This document shows, piece by piece, positions 13,440 through 26,639 of a stretch of 64,000 nucleotides of DNA; positions within the stretch are counted from its first letter, which is position 1, and every line of letters starts with the position of its first letter. Source of the DNA: Dicyema japonicum (taxonomy: Eukaryota; Animalia; Dicyemida); contig RDEW01000106.1 in assembly GCA_011109175.1 (NCBI GenBank), positions 17,314 to 81,313 of the forward strand. The letters are read 5' to 3'. A program made the position numbers and the translations under genes. The notes beneath the pieces were generated by a model that saw only the letters and a program-made list of their open reading frames with translations, did no database searches and was not told where the DNA came from.

Positions 13440-14040
13440 ACAAACATGGCAGACTGTCGACTCTCAATTTGGTAGGACGAATGTGTCCCGTCGACAGTAG
13501 CCGGGTGGTCCCCCATCACAAAGAGGATAGAACTCTCGTCCATGTGGTGGATAGTTGTTCTAAGTATGAATACTGGAACACTTTAAAAGGTGATTAAAGT
13601 TTACCAGAGCAAGTCCTACGTTAAAATTGTTCACCGTGTAATCGTGACAGAAGCTATCAAATTCAGCCTTTTTTACCAGATCTATGTGATTGATCTCTTG
13701 GAACCCCTGTTTTTTGTTGTTACCCCCCGTTAGCCACCGGGTTCCTTAAAGAGACTGGGGGTAAATTAATGAAAATATCAACGATCATAGAATCACTTTA
13801 CTTGCAACTGAGTGATGAAGGATATACACATTTAGTTCAATAGGTAGCCTCAACCTTCTGCCAATTAGCTACTAGGTCAACAGGACTGGGAGGAATTGAT
13901 GAGAAAATATAATGTCCATGTGATTTCTCCGAGAATAGACCGACCATAAGTCCCAAGGTCAGAACTAAGAGATGATATATTGATAGAAAAAGGGTAATTT
14001 GAATACCCCTCGTCGATATCCACTAAAACAAGCCAAAACC
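13440..14040 (+). mobile_element. Highly decayed non-LTR RT fragment
   Basis: Residual G.P.....LS..WW and GLGG-like motifs in broken frames. Confidence 0.35.
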
Positions 14041-14298
14041 AACACGTCTAGCTTAAAATTATCTACAAATTTAAATATATTTTTAAAATTCACATTTATT
14101 GCTAAATTCCCTAATCTGGAGTAGTTGGCTAAAGTTGTTGATTATTATTGTAAAAATTTATTGAAGTGAAAAAAGTAATTGTGACTTTGATGGAATTGGA
14201 ATTTTATCGAAAAATGCTTAAAGAAATTACGCAATGTTGGTGTATTTGATGCGCCAGATTAACATTAAAATTTATTTATTTTTAATTTAATTAATTAA

Positions 14299-14614
14299 GC
14301 ACTACCGCGTTGCCATAAGCACGTAAGATGCCTAGGGTTTCGCTTGTGCAGAACACACACTTTATTTAAGTAAAGAACAGTATTTATAACTAATCGTAGA
14401 GAAAGAACCAAGGAGTGCTCTTCACTTCTTTTTTTTCTTTTTCTTGTGTGTATGTCCATTTGACTATCCAGTTCCGAAGTGAATCTCCACTGATGATGGC
14501 GTCACTCGTTAAACCCTTTTGGCATCGTAGATGCGTGGAACCTCCCACCAGGTGAACAGTAGCGAGAATCGAACCCGTGACCTAAGCCACTTTAGCCCGA
14601 CACCTAACCACTGG
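14299..14614 (-). mobile_element. tRNA-derived SINE
   Basis: Minus-strand head cagtggttagg (A box) and ggttcgattc (B box); conserved body shared with 16690-16925, 22900-23160, 31005-31170 and 44737-45038. Confidence 0.85.
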
Positions 14615-15729
14615 CTGATTTTTCAATAAATTCTTATTTGTCTCTCAGTACCAACTGTTTACATAGCTCCTATGGAAAGCCGTCATGCTTTGTCCACGGC
14701 TAATCCTTTATTCCTTCGTCTTCTGAACGAATGCACTCGTTGGACCCAGCTCTGTTTTGGAATAAAAAAAGTATGTTGTTCTACAGCTTTAAACAAATGT
14801 TACTTGGATGAGTGCACTATTTGTAACCAAAGAATGTCTCGGATAATCTGAGAAATTTAATCTTCAACTAGAGACCCTCGGCCTAACTCTAATCATTTCG
14901 AAATATGAGAACAAAGAGTGGAATCAGTGAAACTAACAAAAGAACAACTTAAATAGACATTTACACGTCGGGAGATGTTGAACACACATACATCCGTTTT
15001 CCTGCTCTTATCAAAAATTAAACTACATTTTTAAAGTTTCACCTTGTTTTCCTGAACAATCGACTCCCTTTTCAAGGTTAACGTCTCAAGAAAGTTAAAT
15101 TTGACGACTAAGGTCACTTCGGTGGTCTGGGAAACCATTGACTTCTGATTTCCATGTTGATCAAAATGATTCCCAATATTAGAGGCTAATAAAGCAATCA
15201 ACCAACAACGACTCATCTGTTTTGTTACTGGAAGATGCGAAACGGGGGCTCTTGGATCAATGACCTCCCGATCAGAAGCGTTGGGATCTATCATGAAAAA
15301 ATGAGTCTGCTGGATACTTTAAATCCTAGAACCGGTTAACCTAGACAGAGGAGACGGAAACGATGCCATCTGAAGTAAGAACTGAACAGTATTCTCCCAT
15401 ATCTCGTCATATGGTGGGGGATGCCATCAGTGTGGAATGCTACGTGCATCTTTGTCTTTCAAACAACTATACACCACGAAAAAGGGTGAGAAGGACAATG
15501 TGTTATTGACAGGTTCACGTTCTGAAGTGTTATGGTGAAACAACTGAAGAAAAAAAAGAATTTCATTTTCCCAAGAAGATTGGACTTTCATGATGTAGGT
15601 GAGACCAAGGGGATGACAATATAATCTTTAGCCAGAAATTCGCTTAAATTATTCTATCCAAATCTTAGTTGTAACGAGATGGGATAGCTAGATAAGTGCA
15701 GATAAATACAACTCTATGTATGTTATGTT

Positions 15730-16075
15730 GTTTAATTTAGTCGTATCCGACCCTTGGAGATCTCATGAACAAGTTTCCTCCACTCTCCCCGATCCGTTGC
15801 AATTTGAAGTAGCCTTGATATAGGCATATGCGTGACGTCTTCCACCGTGGATAGCCACCGAGTCCTTGGTCGGCTAGGTCTTCTCTTCCCAATAATATTG
15901 CTCAGCATAATGGTTCTTTCTAGTGATTCAGACCGGACAACATGCCCAAAGAACGCCAATCTGTGTTTTACAATTCTTCCCTCTAGCGAAATGTCAGTCT
16001 CTACCCGTTTGAGTACATTGATGGTTGTTACTCTATACATCTTCCCTAATCCGATAATATCAATCACTATTTGAT
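15730..16075 (-). mobile_element. RTE-clade LINE 3' end
   Basis: RLAFFGHVVR...GKRRPSRPRTRWL...DRGEWR, the typical RTE C-terminus. Confidence 0.85.
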
Positions 16076-16079
16076 TTCA

Positions 16080-16270
16080 TGAAATGGAGGAATAAGTGGA
16101 AAATCGCTTCGCTTCCTAAAGAAACTTGGACGCTTAGCTACAATAAAAAGCCACGACGCACGTGAGACACGGTGGCTACTCCAGTTGATCTCTGTTGCAA
16201 TCGTGAGTGGCAACGCAACGTCGATAATGTCGGCGGGGTCCACTTTGGATGGATGGCAGTTTTAAATAAA
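16080..16270 (+). mobile_element. CRE-clade 3' end, 5'-truncated
   Basis: Aligns by eye with 54610-54775 (ggaataagtggaaaatcgctt...ggcaacgcaacgtcgat). Confidence 0.75.
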
Positions 16271-16689
16271 AGAATAAATTGAAAAATTAATTTTCTTTAT
16301 TGTTTGTGATTTGATTTCATTCTTAACAATTTTTATAGGCTTTTTAATTTTTAGGTAAAAATGTCGTTAATTCCCATAAACCCCATCAAAGGACAGTACT
16401 TATATCCGTAGACGTTCAACTCAATTTTATAGGTAAAAATATGCTATTTTCGGAAATTATTCGCTACTAAAAATTGCTACAAATTAGTGAAAATTGACAT
16501 AATTAAAATTAATAAACATTTCTCAATTATTCCAATATAAATGGCAATTAAAAATAATTAATTAAAAATTTACTTATATAAACTTTTCACTGTGTTATAA
16601 CCTGAAGGGGGTCATGAGAACCAAGATGACCGACCTATCAGCATGTCACTCTATTCTAACCATAATAGTTATTTTGTACAATTTTAAGT

Positions 16690-16925
16690 CGTTGTTAGCC
16701 CTTACTGATACCAGTCTATTGTTTTCTAGACTTTGTTTTTTCTTTTTCTTGGGTGTATGTCTTATATAGACAATCAGGTTCCGCAGTTAAATGTTCACTG
16801 ATGACGACATCACTCGTCAAGCCAGAGCATATTAATGCTTGGAACCTTCAACTGAATGTACAGTATCGAGATTCGAACTAGCGACCTTAAGGCCTCTTGC
16901 CCGGCAACCCTTACAGTGCGTTACC
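16690..16925 (-). mobile_element. tRNA-derived SINE, diverged copy
   Basis: cactgatgacgacatcactcgtcaa and cgagattcgaac blocks match the SINE at 14299-14614. Confidence 0.7.
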
Positions 16926-17455
16926 CAGATTAGAAAAATTACTAAGAATCTAAGAATTCTATATTATCTAGTCAAAATAGATGTAACCTCACTTCAACCT
17001 CTTCTTGATGACATGTGAACTAAAGAGACATGTGAACTAAAGAGACATTGAATATACGAAACCTCAAAATAAGGAAGCGTCAATACACTATGTTTGGGAT
17101 TAGAATCTCATTGGCACTAAATTTGAAGGAACTTTGACAAGTCTACTTTGAGGAACTGGCCTCTGAGTCTTTTGTAATCGAGCTTTTTAATATTTATGAA
17201 ATTTATGAACGGGACTCACGAAGAAAATGTATAAATTTGAAACGTACGTCAGCAAATAGTAAAACTCCCATCACTTATATAACAAAGTAGTCCCTCTTCA
17301 GTATCCTTAAAATCTTAACCTTATTGTGAACACCAAAATAAAGTAATTTTAAATTTATTGAAGCAAAATAATATTAAAAGTAGCCGAAATGAACAACAAT
17401 GATGAAATCAACATACTACTATTCTTTAAGAATTCTACTAATCTCAATCAAATCA

Positions 17456-18229
17456 CTAGCCATAATGGGTTTTTTCTGAATTAAACATAATTTTAAAAAA
17501 AATTGCATTTTGAATATCGTAGAGTTTTTTGGCAGCCATGCAACGATAGTTATTATTTATGAAATATGAGGACATTCGATAAACGAAGTCTCGATATCTC
17601 AGTAGAAGAGACAACAAGTGATAGGCATCAATTTGGTTTTGGACGTCGAGTATATTTGGCTGTTGAAACTGCGGAAGATCAGATTTTACAAGTTCACTAA
17701 TAGAAAATGATTTATTGGAAGGCCTCGCTTTGGGCTTATTTTTTATAAATGGTGGTTCCTCCTTGGGGACATCCAAAATTGGACATCCGTTGTAGAAAGG
17801 AGCGATTGTCTAATCAAATAAGCTCTAACACAACTATGTTATTATTTTTTTTCTTCACAACACGGAGTTTTACTCTCTTCCAATTATCGATGTTAAAGTT
17901 ACTGTCGACATCTCCCGCATGTTTGGAAATGATATGCATCTTCAAAGTATTTCCCTGGCTTGATCTGTATCCACATGATCCACAAAAGTATGGCATTTCT
18001 TCTAAAAATAAAAAAAACCAACACTTGTATGAATTCTCATGTGGACAAACACATTGCTGTAGTGAATTGTCTTATAATTGCAGAATGTGCACTGGTAGGT
18101 CTTTTTATTAGAGACAGGCAAATCTGCTTTCTGGTTTTTCAGTTTGTATGCCTTTTCTGGGTTTTTACCATTTTCAAGTTTTTGTTGATTTGGCACAATC
18201 TCTGGATCATCTTTTTTGTTGGTTCCCAT
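17456..18229 (-). CDS. C2H2 zinc-finger transcription factor (2 fingers) with an eh1-like FSISELV motif; introns 18002-18024 (23 nt) and 17810-17834 (25 nt); start codon uncertain
   Basis: YQCTFCNY...HMRIHTKEMPYFCGSCGY...HIISKH after splicing; removing the two introns joins three ORFs in frame. Confidence 0.8.
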
Positions 18230-19084
18230 TATGCAAAAATATATTTACGAAAATCTCGCTAATTCTTAAATATATAATATTTGTGGTTTATGCTGTAATT
18301 CCGTGGAAATGTACTCTGGTGAATATTCTACCACAATATATGTTATGTAAACTAAATTTAAAGTACTCGTGGGTTTATAACATAAACGATTATCAATTAT
18401 AATAAATTATATTTTATCAGAAAATATCAATTTGGTTTTAAGTTGAAAATTAATCAGAATATCCAAAATTCTAATTATTTACCACAATACGTGACTTTTT
18501 CAGGTGTAAAGTTCAGTCATCAAAATAATTTGTGAGATTATGTCATGATTGGTAACCATGATTTCTATGTTGGTAGTAAGTTATGTCATTCATTAACAAA
18601 ATTCTCGAATCACCACATTTCTATGACATTGATAATATTTCGTTAGTGTTTTTTTATTCTTAATTTTTATTAAACGTTTTTAAGTTAGTTCTTAAACTAT
18701 AGTAATTAGGGCAATTAGAAAATTGCAATTTTTAAAATATAAATTGCAAAAAATAATTAATTGTAGAAAATTGCATTATGGAAAAATAAACGAAATCATT
18801 TATTGTAATGCAAAATAAAATATTTCTGAACATTTTCAGGTTTAAAGTTTCGATTTTTAGTCAGAAGTTTGTCATAAGAGATATCACCTTTTCAACTAAG
18901 GTTGAGCTTCTGCAACAATTTTGAAGGTATGAGTAAATTTCTGGCGAAATAGTTTTATTTAGAAATCAAGAATACTTAGTATCCCAAATTTCTGAAGCTT
19001 TTTTGATATATAATTTTTTTATATTGCACCGATCTGATGAAAATTCTATGCTGTTCAGATCTCCATAAGATTTTTTAATTCAAT

Positions 19085-19335
19085 ATTCGAGAAAATCAAG
19101 ATTAAAAAATATGTCGAATTTGGAGACCGCTTTTGTTTTGTACCGGTGGCAATCGAGACGTCTGGTGCCGCGGGAAGTATCACATCCTCTTCTTTGAAAA
19201 AAATCGGGGGAAATTGTCCCACCGTAAAAAAGACGTGCGGGAAGCGGTCTGGCTGAGGCAACGAATTGGAATTGCAGTTGTCCGCGGAAACGCGTACTCC
19301 GTAATGTTAGCAGCCGCTCTTCCTTATAGTTAATA
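19085..19335 (+). mobile_element. CRE-clade 3' end
   Basis: KKYVEFGDRFCFVPVAIETSG...EAVWLRQRIGIAVVRGNAYSV followed by an A-rich tail. Confidence 0.85.
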
Positions 19336-19464
19336 AAAAATATTTTATTGTAAAATAAAACGCAGTAGTTCGGTAATTGAAATCATTTCAATTAAATCCA
19401 AATAGTTTTAACTGATTTTGGTTAAACTTGGAAACAACGTGGAAATATTAACTGATTATTTTTT

Positions 19465-19745
19465 TATTTAACCCAAGATCACGGTAAAACCAAACTAATT
19501 ATCACGTGTTCCCGATGCATTCTAACAGAGACCTCATCTTTGCCAGATGTTCTTCCTTCGTGCCCGCGCATGAACGTACAGGCTGCCTAAATTTTCAAGA
19601 CCACCTTCCCGTGATCTGGAGTCTAGTCTCATAAGGGCCTCCAGAGGCGTAGGTCCGGTTCGGTGATCTTCACAAATCCAACGCACCGACAAAATCAACT
19701 TCCCGAGTGTTCGAAATCCTCCATAGATATTAAGAACCAATTTCT
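19465..19745 (-). mobile_element. APE-type LINE 3' end
   Basis: Near-identical to 7050-7270. Confidence 0.85.
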
Positions 19746-20829
19746 ATTCTTTCCATCAATGATTCACCTGCTAACTGATTGAATTTATACAAGGATGGTT
19801 AGAACAGTTTAAAAATTTGTTTAAATTGAAAAAAAATCATCATGATGAGTCATAACCCAAAATTATGATCGTTCTGCAATATGTGAATTTCTTAATGCAA
19901 CCAAAACTATATCCAATTGTAGAAAACCTACCACGTGGTGTCATGTAATGCCATGTGGATGCTTATTAATTCTAGGAGCTACTGAGTTTTGTGAACATCA
20001 TAGCTTCTCAAAGTGTCTTTTTCCTTGGAGGAAGAAATAGTCTCCGGATGGAGTAGAGTGAACGGTTCTCCTTCTATATTATTAGCAACATTCGTATATT
20101 AACTTTCGTTCATACGTGCAACATCTGACAAAATCCTCCAAGTTCTTTCAATTTGGGACTGAACTCTGATAAGTCGTACATCCCGTACATCCCGTACATC
20201 CCACACTTCCATTGTTCAGTACTTTGCTTTCGTATGTCTCATCAGTCAAAAAATAAAAAATGACACAAAATAACACATAAACTTTTTTTGAAATTATAAA
20301 ACATTTATATATTAATTTTTTCAAATAAATTATTTCGATTCAATTTCATATTTTCTAAATTATGAAGATTGGTTCCAAACATGAAAACGTAACTATATTT
20401 TGTTATATTTCTACGTTGCATGCTGATTATTGCAAAATTGAAATATTATTATTCAAATGAAACCAGGCAACTTAGAACCCTACTCTCTATACATAAGAGT
20501 AGGAACACCATACTAACGTTGGCGCCACGTGGCATTTTCACGTGGCATATCAATTGAAGATTCATAGATATTGAGGGACAAATTAATAATTTTTTAATTG
20601 AAATGAGCAAATGTTGAATTTTTGTGCTATCCTTTATTTTTAAGTGGAATTTTCAAGGAACCTCGTCTATCCTTAAAAGTGCATTTATTTGAACCACCAA
20701 ACCACATTATGAGTCTCTTTAAATGTCAATATGAATGATTGTATGAGAATTTTTATTAATAAAGTATGGCTTTTCAAAAATGGAAAAATTGTTAAAACAT
20801 AATTACATAATATAAATCAATAAAACACA

Positions 20830-20990
20830 AAAGCCTCAAAATTAACGAAAAAGTCAGGCAAGTTGTTTTTTTTGCTTTGGGGAATTCTGAGTTTCTCCTC
20901 CTCTGTGTGGGCTAATTTGCATTTATCCCTAATCGGCAATGAAATAATCACACAACCTTGTCTTGTAGTTCCTTGGCTCTTTTTTATGAG
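20830..20990 (-). pseudogene. Degenerate CCCH (TIS11/ZFP36-type) zinc-finger remnant
   Basis: PRNYKTRLCDYF...CRLG[D]KCKLAHTEEEKLR; needs a frameshift and is several codons short of C-x8-C-x5-C-x3-H. Confidence 0.4.
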
Positions 20991-22138
20991 AATCCGTTGA
21001 GTTCTCCTCTTTTACTGGCTATCATCAATTTTTTTTGACTTACTGTCGTGTAGTGGATCATTCCTTACAAAATTATCGGCGTGAGTTATTAAGGGAAATA
21101 GAAAACCGTTAACGGCAAACGAAAATCTATCGAATTTTCAGTGTAACAAATCGAGGTTTTAACTTAAACTTTATGGAATATTATAAATAAAACGTATCAA
21201 TTTTTTTGTGGTGTATTGTAAAAAATGTCCAATTCTACTCCCAAATATAAATTTATATCTGCATTTCCACTTAAAGAAAAAAAAGAAACTCAAGACTCAC
21301 TCAGTACAAACTGTGGTTATGAATGAGAATGTCGAAATAAGAGTGAACATTTTCATTAAGACTATTCAAAAACAATAAATATTATAAAAAATTATTTTTT
21401 TGTTAGGAGCCCTTTTCTTGTGGGCCTTACGAGTATTCTTATCCCCCCCAATGTTGTTTTTGGACTTAACTTTTGTCTTAATTTATAGAAGGAATATTCT
21501 TTTTCCACGTGCGATATAGAAAAAAACAAACCTCCCCAATCTTCACCTAACCTTTAGGGGGAACCACAAAAGTTCATTTAGCGTCTCGATTAACATTCAA
21601 GTGCGTGCTTTAGTCTGAATGGGAGAATAAAGGAAAATATCTGAAAGGTAATCAGAGGAGACTCAAATATACGGAAATGGCACATCAGATTGACAAAGTC
21701 CTTCTTAGAACTCGGATGTTTTCAAGGACTTTTGGTCTTAATTGGAATATACCTTTGAGAGAACCTTCTTGCGTTTATTGGTAATAACTTTGGGGATATG
21801 CGAGACCTACTTGATATCTCAGATAAGGTGGAATGGATGGGGATATTAAGAGAAGAGTACTAGTTAATGAATAACATTCTTTTTTTCAATATACTTTAAA
21901 ATCTTTCATCCATTATAAACTGCCACGTGTGTTCTTCGGTTGCAAAAAAGAGTAGTAATCAAACTTGGGTTTGGAGACATTAGAGACATTGAGTGATGAG
22001 GACGCAAAACTCATGTGACCACTTCAAATGAAACCATGTGAATCGGAGACTTTGTACTAATGATGGAAGTAACATAAACGTGATGAGGGTTCTGGTGAAG
22101 ATTCCAAACCTCATAGGGATGATTCGTTGTTACCTACG

Positions 22139-22900
22139 TTAATTTTTATACGTTTTTTTTAGATCCCGAACAACTATCCCAGAAAGAGACGATGTTAACA
22201 AGGTAAACGAGAAAGTTTCACTCTGACGGCTCACGGAAGCAGTTCGAAGCGCTTTGTCTAAGCTCCAGTATCTTTTTCTCTTCGAGGGTTCATATGCCAC
22301 GTGCAGACAGAAAGTCATGTATACTTTAGTCTTGTCTTTTGTTGGAGGTAGGATTTGTCTGAGTGTTCTTTGGAGATCCGTGAATGTTCTTCGTACGAGT
22401 TTGTGTTTTGTGGATTCAAGTAATGGGAAGGTTGGATGGTTGGGGTCAAGCGTTTGTCTGATATACTGTAGGTTCTTCAATTCAAGGTGGTCACCTAAAG
22501 CAGGATTTTCGACTCCTTGTGTAAGTCCCTAATGGGAGATGATTTAACAGCCTGTTACAGCCCTCAATACATAATTTTGTACCTGTGCATGTTTTGAAAA
22601 GGAAGAGTGATATGCATGGAGCCCAGCTTGAGGGCCTCCCCAGAATCATCCTGATGAATTGCATATACATGAGCGTTAGACACTCTTTTTGACGGCCATT
22701 CGAGTGACCAGCTACTACTCGAAGGATGTTTGAATTTCGCTTTAGTGCAAAGTTGTTCAACGTGTTCGTTGAAGCAAATTGACGTGTCAAAAATAACTCC
22801 GAGAATTTTAGAATATTTAACAACTGGGGGAAGTTCGCTGTTGAGGTATATACTAGGACAGTTGTGTATACTAACTCTTCTCCGTATAATCATACTCTAC
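22139..22900 (-). mobile_element. APE-type LINE 3' fragment
   Basis: KILGVIFDTSICFNEHV...ILRVVAG..G.QKECL.LMY.QFIR. Confidence 0.75.
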
Positions 22901-23160
22901 TTTAGTTATAGCTCCTCCCAAGCAGGACACACACTTCATTGTAAGTAAGAACATCTAATCGATAGGGAGAACCAAGGAATGGTCTTCATTTTTTTTCTTT
23001 ATGTTGCGTGTGAGTCCATAGACGATCCTGTTCCACAGTGAGATGTACACTGATGACTGCGTCACTCGGCAGGCCAAAGCCTCGACATGCTTGGAACCGT
23101 CAGTCGGAATGTACATCAGCGAGATTCAAACTAGGGGTCATCAGGCCTTTTGCCTGGCTT
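22900..23160 (-). mobile_element. tRNA-derived SINE, diverged copy
   Basis: Matches the SINE body (gaaccaaggaatg, cactgatgac, gagattcaaac). Confidence 0.7.
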
Positions 23161-23209
23161 GAATAAAAAATAAATTATTAAAATTAAAATAAATAAAAAT
23201 AAATTAAAA

Positions 23210-24170
23210 TCAATTAAAAAGAAAACTAAGTGGTTTATTATCATTATCAAAATACGGACGAATATCAGCAAAGTCAAGGTCATCACCATTAATATTATGA
23301 AAATTAATAATAGAGTTGACCATCATCATCACATTTGACATACAACTCATTCTACCGCGAAATTTGATACACTTTACACCAATCACTGCCTTCTCATGCA
23401 ACTTCTCCACCGACAAAACATACACCAGAATATTTAACAAAATCATCAACAAATCAGCAGAAAGTTCAATTCTAATGGAATCTGTCATATATCCCTTCGT
23501 ACAAACACTACATATCCACAATAACTACCTTTGAACAAATAGTGTGAATTTTGAGAGGACGCAGGTGGGTAAAATAGGACAATACTCTCTAAAAGTCTCC
23601 ATTAAGCACGTGACTATCATTAATCTTAATAAATACCAACTTTACCTGTTTGAGTTGGTAATTTTGATAATATCAACATATTTGATCCTTTTAACGTCGA
23701 GGTCTTCACTTTTTGCACTTTGAAGTTTTTTATTAGTTTGATCCGGTTTTATTTGAAAATTGAAATATTTTATTTTTAATTTATTAATATTCTTTAATTT
23801 TATTAAAATAAACTAATTTGTATAAATTTAACATCATGTTGTCCAGCTGGGGACATTCCCTTTGTTCGGCAAAATTACGCAGAAAAGTCGATGAGATCGC
23901 GGGGAAGAACTGAATTGCTGAGACTTGACGAGATTTTACGTTACTGTCATAGAGTGTTGTGAGAAAGCTGTAAATTACGTCACTTTCAGACTGCAAGGTT
24001 ACTAACTGAGAATACATGAATATTCTTCCTTAATACTTTGTCAATCTTGTTAGCTATTTGTTCATTAATTGTAAAGTCTGATGATGGGTCTGTAAATTCG
24101 TGACTTTCCTAATAAAAATAAATTATCAATCAACTTGTGCGTTTGTTATGTATTTACGTATTTTATGCAT
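23210..24170 (-). CDS. FAM126: Hyccin/FAM126 family protein (PI4KIIIalpha complex subunit), ~281 aa, 5 introns (26, 25, 22, 21, 21 nt)
   Basis: Spliced length 846 nt is in frame; SAIQFFPAISSTFL, ITNSNRLMIVTCLM, SVCTKGY, RIELSADLL and FRGRMSCMSNVMMMVNSI match hyccin blocks (LQFLPELIWCYL, LTAQNRFEVL, ICVCGY, YRAQLELYPEPLLVANAI). Confidence 0.85.
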
Positions 24171-24479
24171 CACTACACTTGTTTTTAAATATTTTTTTAA
24201 TTTTTTTTATATAATTTATTTATTATTATTAATACTCCAGGATCACTGGGTAAAAGAGAAATAAATAAAACTTTTCAACTAACTAACTGATCGCAGACCG
24301 ACAAGAGAGAGGACGAGTTTGGCTGGGTCGAGAGTCTTGTAATACTCTCCTTATAGAGTCATATGTCCCGCCTTCTCCTTTCTAGGGAAGAGTAGATACG
24401 TTGGAATTCAGGCAGAACCAATGAGGATCAGTAACTTCCGTAAAATGGGTGGCTAATACAACTACAAAACCCCTAGAGG

Positions 24480-25460
24480 TCCCCTTTGCAACCTTAGACC
24501 AATAATTCTACTAACTTCCATACGCAAAAAGCACTACCTCTCATTGTACTACACTGGATAAAACAGTGGGGTCTGTATGTTCATTCCTATCCCCAGCCAA
24601 AGTGGATTTCGGACAGGCAGGTTTACAGATTGTATTGTGCTCTATGGCAAAAGTATAAAAAATCTATTGAAATACTTGGCAATGATATGTCCCGTGAATT
24701 CGATTCGATCACCGGAAAAAACTTATGGAGGTTCTGAAGAATTTTCTTTACCCTGGCGACGTACAAATAATACGCCTGCTCATGCAGAACATTCATTTTT
24801 CTGTCAAAATCGGTTTTTTCTGATTTCACGTGATTTCCACATGGGAACTCACTATCCTCGGTCCTCTTCGTTGTCTACCTAGAAGCTGCACTAAAAGAGT
24901 TCAGGGCCTTGATTGGAAACAACTATGACAAGATAATTTATGCGAAGATCTGGATTTTGTCTCTGAGGATACTCAAACATTTCAACACGTGGTCAGCGTA
25001 CTCCCACACATATCTTCGAAATGGTTCTTATCCGTAAATTCCAACAAACAGAGTTTACAACGCTTACACGTACTGATCGGGGATCGGACGAGTCATGGAG
25101 AAGGCAAAAGAAGGTTGGCTCGCTTCTAAGACACTCTGAAGATGTTACTCGTAGGAAGATCCTTGCTATAAATCCACTGAAAAAATATCGTTAATATGAG
25201 ACCACTTTGGCCACGTTTACCTCTAAATTACTAGGTCCCCGCAAATGTCGCAATGGACAACTACTTCACACAAGAACCGGATTCTGTAGAAGGCCAAGAA
25301 CGATACTTCCGACTATCTTGAACGGAGACCTATCGACGATTGGTATGAGACTAATTCGGCAGACGACCTTAGAGAAATAGCTCGCAGTAGAAGATCATGG
25401 TCGAGACTGACGGAGAGTATGATTCTGAACACCGAACAAGGGAGACTTAATTAATTTATG
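24480..25460 (+). mobile_element. Decayed RTE-like LINE, internally deleted
   Basis: QSGFRTGR motif at ~24595; the 3' part (LGHV..GRPRTILPTIL..DL) matches the family at 35715-35950. Confidence 0.65.
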
Positions 25461-26639
25461 TTCTCTCGGTCTGGGAAAATTAAAGACATTAGCTGAAGCT
25501 TCAAGGAATCAATAAACTGTTTCTGGATCGCTGCAATAAACTGTTTCTTATGACTTTTTAACCTAAAGATGTCGAGGACCTTGGTAAAATGTGCCACTTA
25601 TTCATATGACCCTTTAAAATCAATTTTTATAAGATTTAAAATAAATGACTTTTTTACCTAAAAAAGTCATTCACATTCTAAAATATCTCGTGATGTTTAT
25701 TGATGAACTTGTCTAAAACTTGACAAAATTGGAGGCCATTTTAAATGGGAACCTTGGAGACAGCTATTTTTCTATTTGGGAGAGAAAAATCAGATATACA
25801 GGCCGTTGAGTTGATTGGGGGTGCTCACGTGTCTCAAAATTTATACAAACTGTGGGGTCTGTCTGTTCAAACCACCGACTAATGACCAGAAGGAACTGCT
25901 ACTGAGTTTACCTGCAGGGACATCACTGTCAACTTGATTCAGGCTAACGTTGAGCTATGGGGGACCATTTACCTTGATTGCCTCATACTCTGATGACCTA
26001 AGACTGTTTAGCCAGACTATTGCTAACTTCAAAGTTGAACTAGAGAGACCTTCTAAGAGAGTCAAAGTATAGTTCATTGTGGATATGAATGGGATTGCCA
26101 AAGAGAGCAATGCTATTTTGGTGGAGAAATACAGAGGAGGTTGAGGATGTATGACAGATTCCGCTGAAAATTTCCGTAAAAGATTCAAATTCCCAAAAAC
26201 TCCCATTCAAACGGATATCCCCTATGGAGGTTAGGGGAAATGAAGATGAGTAGGATAAGCTAGTGGAACAGTTGAAATGAACTGCTGTTGTTCATTAGAC
26301 TTGAAATGGTGTTGGAAGCCTTGAAGAACAGACTGAGGATTTAATACTCAACTCCGCTCTGATTTTGAGAGACATCTTCAGCCCTACATAATTCCTGATT
26401 ATTTCTCAACCACAAGTTGAAAAACGAAATGAAAGCAGATGAAAGCTTACAAAATAAGGGTTGAGACTACACTTGGATATGATTAGAAAACTTCGTATTC
26501 CGAAATACATTTATTAAAATTTCGGATTAATTTATTTTGTTTTTTATTATACATTTAAATGAGTTTACATTTTAAATTTAAAATCTCACAGTGTTACGTG
26601 GTTAGAAAAAGGACGAGATTTCTATTTCATAGAGAAGAA

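Noticed and set aside
14540-14614. tRNA genes at SINE heads (also 44975-45038, 6788-6823, 11850-11900)
   Set aside because: A and B boxes are present, but I could not fold a complete cloverleaf with a paired acceptor stem, and most continue into SINE bodies
19850-20040. Cys/His-rich stretch as a zinc-finger gene
   Set aside because: Needs a frameshift at the start and fits no finger spacing; could not build a gene model
17010-20205. Short tandem duplications (17-bp x2 at ~17011, 9-bp x3 at ~20177)
   Set aside because: Ordinary slippage products with no further structure
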